41,200 nucleotides of DNA from Acidobacteriota bacterium (GTDB lineage Bacteria > Acidobacteriota > UBA6911): the NCBI GenBank assembly GCA_049511215.1, contig JBEKYG010000001.1, positions 1 through 41,200 of the forward strand. Reading direction: 5' to 3'. The notes under the pieces were generated by a model, which was not told the origin of the DNA, did no database searches, and worked only from the letters and a program-made list of their open reading frames with translations. Of the stretch, positions 17,742 to 24,640 are shown piece by piece. Positions within the stretch are counted from its first letter, which is position 1. Each line of letters opens with the position of its first letter. Made by a program: the position numbers and the translations under genes.

Positions 17742-18690
17742 GGGGACATAATACTTATCTCTGCGCGATCGGCGCACCGCTGCAAGTCGGATTCCTGCGG
17801 TCCAAGCGGGACCGTCCTTGCCGCTATCCCTCGAAAAGAAGTTGATCCTTCAAGAAAGAGTCGCTCATTCGCGCCTTTGGGCAGTCAGTAAGAGTGAAGT
17901 GTTTCGGGAGGACCCATGGCCCGCAGGGCGCGCGTTGTAGTCCCCGGTATCCCACACCACATCACCCAACGCGGCGTCCGCGCCATGAGGATCTTTTTCA
18001 GCCTGGAAGACCGTCTCGAGTATCTGTGGCTTCTGCGTTATCATGACGGGATTCACGGTTTGCATTTCGCATCTTACACGCTCATGGACAATCATGTCTT
18101 GTGGTTATTCCCGAACGGGAAGATAGCCTGCGCAGAGCGATCGGCGAGGCCCAGCGGCTTTACACTCGAGGCATCAACTTCAGGGTGGGGAAACGAGGCT
18201 ACCTGTTCCAGGGACGCCCCTTTTCCTGCCCGCTGGATGAGGACCATTATTTCGCGGCATTCCGTTATGTTGAGCGCAATCCTACTCGAGCAGGGATGGC
18301 AGCGCAGCCATGGGATTATTTGTGGTCTGGAGCGCGATTCCACGTGGGGCTCGTGGGAATCGATCCATTGATCGACGTCGATGTCTTGGAGCACTGGCGC
18401 GGCGACCCGGAGCAATGGCGACAGTTGTTGCAGACGGATCCGCCCGAAATGCTGACTCTCCAGAAGAAAACCAGGACCGGCCGGCCATGTGGAAGCAGAG
18501 CATTTGTCGATCGGCTCCAGGAGATTAGCGGAAGGGTTCTCCTTCCCCGCCGCCCTGGACCACGCCCACGGGCTTGATGTTCGGAGATACCCGCCTCCCC
18601 ACTTCAAAGCATCCCAGCGGGCAGCTCGATACTGCTGTCTCAAGGGATTCTGTGGCCGACCCCGCAATCCAAGATGAGTATTATGTCCCC
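17742..18690 (+). mobile_element. Y1/HUH (IS200/RAYT-like) transposase element, copy 2 (about 0.95 kb)
   Basis: Termini ggggacataatacttatct (17742-17760) and agatgagtattatgtcccc (18672-18690) are 18/19 inverted repeats. They enclose a single transposase gene. Confidence 0.75.
17916..18577 (+). pseudogene. Y1 (HUH) tyrosine transposase, frameshifted inside the HUH motif
   Basis: Frame 1 reads MARRARVVVPGIPHHITQRG...YTLMDNHV, then runs off. Frame 3 continues (L)VVIPEREDSLRRAIGEAQRLY...FAAFRYVERNPTRAG. The canonical sequence would be NHVHLVVIP, implying a 1- or 4-nt deletion near 18093-18100. Confidence 0.8.
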
Positions 18691-18962
18691 GGATTTTTGC
18701 CAGCAGTGCGGTTCACCTTCTGAGAGAAGAAGAGATACTCGATCTAACCCGGAATTTCTAGAGGGAATCACTTGCCTTCTAACCGGAATTTTGTCAATAA
18801 TTTAGCCTTTAGACTTCTTGTCCTGTCCATGGCCGCGAATTCCATTCTGTTGCGATCTGAGGTGGGGCGGATGCGGGATATTATGTGGAAGGGCAATTGC
18901 CGTACGCATGATCTGGTGTTGCCGATCCCGATCAGCAAATCGTATTCTTCAAGTAGGGAATC

Positions 18963-19256
18963 ATGATGCGGTTTAACTTTGAATAGGACCCTGCCAAGGC
19001 AAGATCGAACAGGAAAAAACATGGTGTGAGTTTTGAGCTTGCCGCAAGCGTCTTCAGGGATCCGCGGGCATTGTCCGTTTTCGACACGGACCACAGTGAG
19101 GATGAAGGCCGTTGGATCACGCTCGGAGTGGCAGCCACCGATGTCATTCTGATCGTGAACCACACATTTGACGCGATCGACGAAGAAACCGTCGAGATTC
19201 GAATATTTTCGAGCCGCAAGGCAACGAAACGGGAGCAGAAGAACTATGCTGAGTAA
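18963..19256 (+). pseudogene. brnT: BrnT-family (DUF497) ribonuclease toxin with an amber codon at codon 8
   Basis: Reads MMRFNFE*DPAKARSNRKKHGVSFELAASVFRDPRALSVFDTDHSEDEGRWITLG...IRIFSSRKATKREQKNY. TAG (18984-18986) sits where the family has the conserved Trp of F-x-W-D. Confidence 0.75.
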
Positions 19257-19461
19257 GGGCATGAGAAAGGAATATGATTTCTCCAAGGGGGAACGAGGCA
19301 AATTCTTCAGGAAAGACGCCGAGTCCAATCTCCCGGTCTACTTGGATGCTGACAACCTGTCTTTCATTACCACGATCGCCGAGCGCAAGAAATCCGATAT
19401 TTCCGAGGTCGTTAACGATCTGATCCGATCAGATAAGGATCTCGCGAAGGTGATGAAATAA
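19246..19461 (+). CDS. BrnA-like antitoxin with a ribbon-helix-helix C-terminus
   Basis: Reads (MLSKG)MRKEYDFSKGERGKFF....LPVYLDADNLSFITTIAERKKSDISEVVNDLI. It overlaps the end of brnT. An alternative start lies at 19261. Confidence 0.6.
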   Translation: MLSKGMRKEYDFSKGERGKFFRKDAESNLPVYLDADNLSFITTIAERKKSDISEVVNDLIRSDKDLAKVMK

Positions 19462-19620
19462 GCGCATCGTAATAGAGTTCGATCGCGACGCGCGCCATTG
19501 CGGCAAAGAAAGGGCTGTTTGTGGCGTTTGGGAAACCGGCGATTCACGAAGTTGACCTTTGGGGGATCGGTGCCGGACCAGGCGAAGTCTTTCGAATCTG
19601 ACAGAATGAGCATTCATGGA

Positions 19621-19690
19621 GGGCCTGAAAATAGGGCTTGCGTTCGATTTTCGACCCTCTTTTTTCGTTCTATGGCATTCCCCAGGCGAC
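19621..19690. repeat. Left arm of an inverted-repeat pair of about 70 bp (MITE/REPIN-like)
   Basis: gggcttgcgttcgattttcgaccctcttttttcgttc... matches the reverse complement of 19903-19970 at roughly three quarters or more of positions by eye. Confidence 0.55.
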
Positions 19691-19902
19691 GAATCCCGGC
19701 GGTGCCGATCAAAATGTTGGCCGGGCGCATGACGGTGCGCTTCGGGCGACCGTCTACTGCCTCGGCACAAGAATGGGCGGGAGTAGCAAAAAAAGCGGTC
19801 GACGCGACGCGCCTTTTGCGCCGCTCTTCCTCATTGCTTTTCCTCTTTGTCCGAGGCGTTCAGCGGCTACAGAAGTATCAGTTTTTTCGTGTCGCGATCA
19901 AG

Positions 19903-19970
19903 CCACGGGGAACAATCCTTGGAACGAAAAAAACAGGCCCGAAAATCGAGCGCAAGCCCGGTTTTAAGGG
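19903..19970. repeat. Right arm of the inverted-repeat pair of about 70 bp
   Basis: ggaacgaaaaaaacaggcccgaaaatcgagcgcaagccc is the reverse-complement partner of 19621-19690. Confidence 0.55.
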
Positions 19971-20017
19971 TATGTCTGAGAGGCATCGTTTGGGAATCAT
20001 TCAACTTGCCGTGGTCC

Positions 20018-20034
20018 GACTTAACCGGCCAATC
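20018..20034. repeat. Left terminal inverted repeat of the integrative element
   Basis: Exact 17-nt reverse complement of 23938-23954. Confidence 0.75.
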
Positions 20035-20063
20035 GGGCAGGATAGAACCATAGATGAATGGTT

Positions 20064-20098
20064 TTTTTCTTCAGTTGAGTGCTGTTTTTCTTCAGTTG
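20064..20098 (+). repeat. Two direct 14-bp repeats (TTTTTCTTCAGTTG) spaced 21 bp apart, 30 bp inside the left terminus
   Basis: 20064-20077 and 20085-20098 are identical. Confidence 0.7.
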
Positions 20099-20217
20099 GT
20101 TTATTTTGTTTCCCAGAGGCAGAAAAGAGCAAGGCCCCAACCGTTCACAGCGGCTGGGGCCCGAAACATCCGGAACTGGTCTTAGCAGCTCCGCACCCGA
20201 GGATAAGCCTGCCATGA

Positions 20218-20688
20218 TCGACGTCCGTTGTCGAGCCCTGCCTTCAGGAAGACAGCGACACCCTGCCAAGCGAGTTTCGCCAGCGGACATGTCGAGGCCC
20301 AGGATGCGCCAGAGCCTTTTTTGTCTGCCGCCATTGTGACCGAGGGCAGCGTTACTGCAGTCAAGAGTGCCGCCGCCAAGGGCGGTTAGAGCAACGACGC
20401 AAGGCCAACAAGATCTACCAGCAAACCCTGACTGCAAAGCTCGATCATGCAGATCGCCAACGCGCGTATGTCCAGCGCCAGAAGCTCAAAAGCAAAAAAG
20501 TGACAGGTCAAGGTAGCGACGCGGGCGATCCGTCTGCCAGGATGGTTGCGGCACCAAAAAGTACCGGGGATACATCTCGACCCGTGCAACGACAGGCGGC
20601 TGATGAAAAGCCGATCCATTCCAGCCTGGTTTTTTGCATTATTTGCGGCGGATCTGGGTTGCCCACGTTTTTGCAGCACTCGCCGTGA
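20218..20688 (+). other. Cys-rich zinc-ribbon-like ORF without a canonical start (possible decayed accessory gene of the element)
   Basis: The open frame reads ..RQRTCRGPGCARAFFVCRHCDRGQRYCSQECRRQGRLEQRRKANKIYQQTLTAKLDHADRQRAYVQRQK....SLVFCIICGGSG.. There is no ATG/GTG/TTG before the GTG at 20500, and an ATG at 20214 lies in another frame. Confidence 0.35.
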
Positions 20689-20764
20689 GAGAACACCGGG
20701 GGTTCCGCCGCGACCTTGATTGCAGATATCAGCCGAGGTCCTTGGGTCATGAGAAGGGCTTTCC

Positions 20765-21769
20765 ATGCAAAGCGATTTTGAATCCTTGAAGCGAGAGATT
20801 CCGTTGTTGCCCTACCTGGCCCGGTATGACTGGAAAGGACGGCCAGTCGGTTCCCAACAGGAGTTTGTGGGATTGTGTCCACTCCACACGGAAAGCAAGC
20901 CGTCGTTCTACGTCAACGCCCGCAAAAATGTCTTCTACTGCCATGGATGTGGCCATGGCGGCGATGTAATTCGTTTTGTCCAGCTTTATCGAAATCTTTC
21001 ATTTCACCAAGCTCTTGTGCAGCTGAAGCAAGAACTGGCTGTGCCTGAAGCGTCTCCCCACGAGGTGCTGAAGGAATCATGGGCTTTCTACCAAAGCCAG
21101 GTCCCCTGCCACGGTGAGGCTCTTTACTACCTCCACACCCGAGGCCTGCATGATCCCGCACTCATGCGCCAGATCGGCATAGGGTATGCCCCCGGAGGAT
21201 CTCTGCGCCGTCACCTGATTCAATTGGGCTACCCATTGGGTCGGCTCCTGCAATCAGGGCTGATTAATGGAAGCGGCCATGACACTTTCTTCCGTCGCAT
21301 CGTGTTTCCATGTTTCGATCAAGATCGTCTCGTCAATCTTTACGGTCGCAGCATCGGCAGTGATCCGCCCCATCGGTTTCTTCCTTTTCCAAAAGGCGGC
21401 CTTTTTGCCTGGAATACGGTACGCACCTGCCCTGCCGTGATTTTGGTCGAAGGTCCGCTCGATCTGGCGGTCCTTTGGCAGGCCGGCTTTGTGAACACCA
21501 CCTGTGGTTTTGGCATACACCTGAGCCGCCTGCAACTTTCGCAACTGTGCGATGCTCCCGAACGCCAGGTTTTCATAGCCTTCGACTCTGATCCGAACGG
21601 CGCCGGCCAAAGTGCCGCTCGCTTCTTGGCGCAACGGGTCACTCATGCCGGCCTGACAGCGCACATTGTCGACCTCCCCCTGGGACATGACCCCAACAGC
21701 TACTTTGTCTCAGGGGCAAGGGCGGCAGACTTCCGCCGCTGCCTTGATCTGGCGGAGGCCTTGCCATGA
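20765..21769 (+). CDS. DnaG-like primase (CHC2 zinc finger + Toprim), no helicase-binding domain
   Basis: CHC2 finger CPLHTESKPSFYVNARKNVFYCHGCGHGGDVIRF. Toprim acidic motifs VILVEGPLD and AFDSDPNG. Its stop overlaps the next start (ATGA). Confidence 0.8.
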   Translation: MQSDFESLKREIPLLPYLARYDWKGRPVGSQQEFVGLCPLHTESKPSFYVNARKNVFYCHGCGHGGDVIRFVQLYRNLSFHQALVQLKQELAVPEASPHEVLKESWAFYQSQVPCHGEALYYLHTRGLHDPALMRQIGIGYAPGGSLRRHLIQLGYPLGRLLQSGLINGSGHDTFFRRIVFPCFDQDRLVNLYGRSIGSDPPHRFLPFPKGGLFAWNTVRTCPAVILVEGPLDLAVLWQAGFVNTTCGFGIHLSRLQLSQLCDAPERQVFIAFDSDPNGAGQSAARFLAQRVTHAGLTAHIVDLPLGHDPNSYFVSGARAADFRRCLDLAEALP

Positions 21770-22797
21770 TGCCCTTCCGCCTCCGCTTTGACGATTCTGG
21801 CACCGCAGGCACTTCTCCATACCGGATCGTGGATGCCCGGAACCAGGAGCTACGTTGGACTAACCACTTTCTCGACGTGCAGTGCCTACGCAACTTCTCG
21901 CCCCGGTCACTTCGGTCCTATGGCTATGACCTGTTGAACTTCGCGCGCTGGTGGTGCCGCCGCAAATCCAGTTCTCTGGCTCAGCTGAATGAATCTCTTC
22001 TTCTGGAGTACGTCCGTCATCAACTTCAAACGCAACCCCAGCCCACACCTCAGACCGTGAATCACCGCCTTGGTGTGGTGCGTTGCCTTTACCGTTTTCA
22101 CTATCGCCGGGATATCCCACACGACCGCATCCGAACCTAGTACCAAACCCGACGCCCTGTCGGTTATGGCAGACCCGTGCGCAAAATCGTCGGCCTGCGT
22201 TTGAAACAGCCCCGCCGCGTCATCATCCCTCTATCTCATGAAGAGGTCGCTCGGTTCTGGGCCAGCTTCCGTACCTATCGCGATCTCGGCATTATCGCCT
22301 TGATGCTCTTTAACGGCCTCCGCTCGCGCGAGATCATCGAACTCCGGCTTGAGGATGTCCGTTTTCCCGAGCTCCAGTTCCGCGTCTGTGGCAAGGGCAA
22401 CAAAGAGAGAATGCTGCCGCTTTCGGAAGACACCATGGCGACGCTGCAGCGGTATCTCGACTTTGAAAGACCTCGTGTCTCATCGCCTTTTGTCTTCCTG
22501 TGTTTGAAAGGCCGCCGGCGCGGCCGTCCTATGACCGCCGCGGGCCTCCGCTCCCTGTTTCGCCATCATCGCCGGACTGCTGAGGTCCCCATGGCCAACC
22601 CTCATAGATTCCGCCATACCTTCGGAGCGGATATGGTACGTTGCGGCATCTCGCTGCCCGCCTTAATGCATTTGATGGGACACTCCCGCATTCCAACCAC
22701 CATGCTTTACGTGAGGCTTTCTCCCGAGGATGTCTGGCGCGAATATCGCCGGGCACTTCAAAACAGAATTCCACTCTCCCCGCCACTGCAACCATGA
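21766..22797 (+). pseudogene. Tyrosine recombinase A, interrupted by an in-frame TAG
   Basis: The N-terminal SAM-like domain (21766-22137) and the catalytic domain (from 22141) are in the same frame and are separated only by TAG 22138-22140. Catalytic R (NGLRSRE), HxxR (HRFRHTF), H (GHSRI) and Y (MLY) are present. Confidence 0.75.
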
Positions 22798-23932
22798 AAA
22801 AACACCCGCGCCGCAACCTGCAAGAGTGGTTTGACTACGAGATCCAAAACCTTGCCACCGTGCTGCGTCCGACGACCATCGAGCTGTATCAGCTTGCAGC
22901 AAAATCCTTTCTGTCCTACCTTCATGCTCAGTGGCCGAATGTCCGCGGACCCTCGCACTTGCGCCGTGATCCCCATATCCTCGGCTGGCTCCGCAGCCTG
23001 TGTCAACGACAGCCGCCGCTGGCGAACAAAACCCGTACGGAAAGGATCATCAATGTTCGCCGCCTGATCCGCGATCTGGAGACAAGCAGCGATCCGCCCC
23101 GCGAAAATTTTTCGCCCCTGGAGATTGCCCCGCTCCTGACAGGTACCTTCCTAAACCGCTATCCCCGGAAGACGACCGGCGGCTGCAACAACGACTTCTC
23201 GAGAGACCGACTTTGCGTTCGAAAGCCCTATGGATTCTCAGAGCAACTGGAATGCGCATCGGCGAATGCCGCATGCTTACGGTTGATTCCTTGCGCGACC
23301 TGGGGCAGGACCAGTGGGCTGTGCGCGTTCCCTTGGGAAAACTCCATACCGAAAGATGGGTTCCGGTCGATGACGATACCCGCAGGATCTTTAACAGCAT
23401 TCTTGATCAGAGGCCTTCGAACCCAGACATGCGGGACACCCGGAACCCCGGGTTTTTGCTGCTGCAGAAAAACGGCAAGCCTCCTTCCTATATGTCCATG
23501 AGAGAAGAACTCATCATTGCGGCCCACGAGGCGGGGTGCTCTGTCCAACCTACGCTGCACCAGATGCGGCATACCTTTGCAACAGAAATGCTCAGAGCCG
23601 GAGCGAGTTTGCCTGCTGTCAAGGCACTACTGGGACACCAAACGCTGGAAATGACCATGCGCTATGTTCAGGTCAGCCAAGTCGATCTGCAACGCGAATA
23701 CCACCGAGCCCGAGCCAAAATGGCAGAAATCCATGCCGCCCCTGGACTGCCTAAGACACTTGCGCCCGATCTGACGAGCCTGCACGGGCTGCTCACTGAG
23801 GCTGCCCACGTGATGGAAATGTATCGACGTCAGATCAGCGACGTGAAAAAGAATCGTCACTTGGCACGACTCGTCAATCGCATAGCCAAAATTTTAGCCG
23901 AGTTCAAACTTGCTCAAGGAAGTACAAAATAA
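22794..23932 (+). pseudogene. Tyrosine recombinase B, frameshifted in an A4T5 run
   Basis: The N-terminal frame (MKKHPRRNLQEWF...RLIRDLETSSDPPRE) switches frame near 23104-23112 to ..DRYLPKPLSPEDDRRL...ATGMRIGE..HQMRHTFA..LLGHQTLEMTMRY. The start overlaps the recombinase A stop (ATGA). Confidence 0.75.
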
Positions 23933-23937
23933 GCACA

Positions 23938-23954
23938 GATTGGCCGGTTAAGTC
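23938..23954. repeat. Right terminal inverted repeat of the integrative element
   Basis: Exact 17-nt reverse complement of 20018-20034. It begins 5 nt after the recombinase B stop. Confidence 0.75.
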
Positions 23955-24443
23955 CCTGATCAGTTTGGTTTGACGGTCCTCGCCGGTTACCAGGTCGTAG
24001 GCCAGCTGGATCTGCTGGTCCGAACCCACCACTTCCGATGCGTGCATGCCGCCGTCGATATAAACGACGGCCTTGCCTTCCTCTGCGAGTTTGTGGGCCT
24101 CGGCCGCAGCTGTTCCCCGCGCCAGGCTCAGCTTTTTGGTGATCCCTTTGAAGCGGTCGAGGTCTTTCATGGCCTCTTCCGAGGAAATGACCGCATATTT
24201 CTGGCGTCTTCCCATCGAGGTCGGCCCCATATCGAGTACTTTGATGCGCGGGGACTGGCTCGCCAGCAGCTCGAGATAGCCGATGGCCTGCTCGTAGGTG
24301 GCCAGCTTGTAGTCCGCACCGACCTTGAACCCGAGGAACTTCTCCGGCGTCGTGATTTCGGCGGAACGTGCCGGAAGACATACAGCGATGAGCATAATGG
24401 TGCCCGCAAGAAACAGCAAAGACGTGCGTCGCACGGTTGCCAT
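23955..24443 (-). pseudogene. M14-family metallocarboxypeptidase, N-terminal fragment of about 165 aa only
   Basis: Reads MATVRRTSLLFLAGTIMLIAVCLPARSAE (signal peptide) ..EKFLGFKVGADYKLATYEQAIGYLELLA...GKAVVYIDGGMHASEVVG (HxxE zinc motif) ..TKLIRD. The frame then runs into the element repeat and stops. AGGAG lies upstream of the ATG at 24443. Confidence 0.7.
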
Positions 24444-24597
24444 AATTTCTCCTGTCATGAAGGACTGATGGTTGCAAGGTATGAAGGCGGCTGCCCATGC
24501 ACGGCCGATTCGCCGCAGCGGGCGCGGCGGAGAGGATTTTTAACGAGGATTCTGGTGAGCATGGCACCAAGCAGCATGTGGCTGCGACCGAGGTAAC

Positions 24598-24633
24598 GGC
24601 TGAAGCGGCGGCCGTCCGGCCACCGCTTCAGCC
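24598..24633 (-). terminator. Perfect 11-bp stem hairpin just downstream of the TonB-dependent receptor gene (no U-tract)
   Basis: ggctgaagcgg (24598-24608) pairs with ccgcttcagcc (24623-24633); the receptor stop is at 24641. Confidence 0.4.
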
Positions 24634-24640
24634 CCTTGAG

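Larger units (their letters stand above)
20018..23954 (+). mobile_element. Integrative element: Cys-rich ORF + CHC2/Toprim primase + two tyrosine recombinases, bounded by perfect 17-bp inverted repeats
   Basis: GACTTAACCGGCCAATC (20018-20034) and GATTGGCCGGTTAAGTC (23938-23954) are exact reverse complements. The right repeat coincides with the point where the M14 peptidase reading frame loses family similarity. Confidence 0.7.

Noticed and set aside
18768-19328. 186-aa minus-strand ORF
   Set aside because: It is antisense to the clearly recognisable brnT/brnA pair and has no family features.
19498-20217. 239-aa plus-strand ORF spanning the region between brnA and the integrative element
   Set aside because: It runs across the inverted-repeat pair, the 17-bp terminal repeat and the direct repeats. 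The translation is low-complexity, with no domain-like segments.
18984-22140. Stop-codon reassignment (TAG read as sense) as an explanation for the two in-frame TAGs
   Set aside because: TAG terminates well-conserved genes in the same window at their expected ends (M16 at 1549-1551 and lysS at 4632-4634). One in-frame TAG replaces a conserved Trp codon, and the residue normally at the other site cannot be told from sequence alone.
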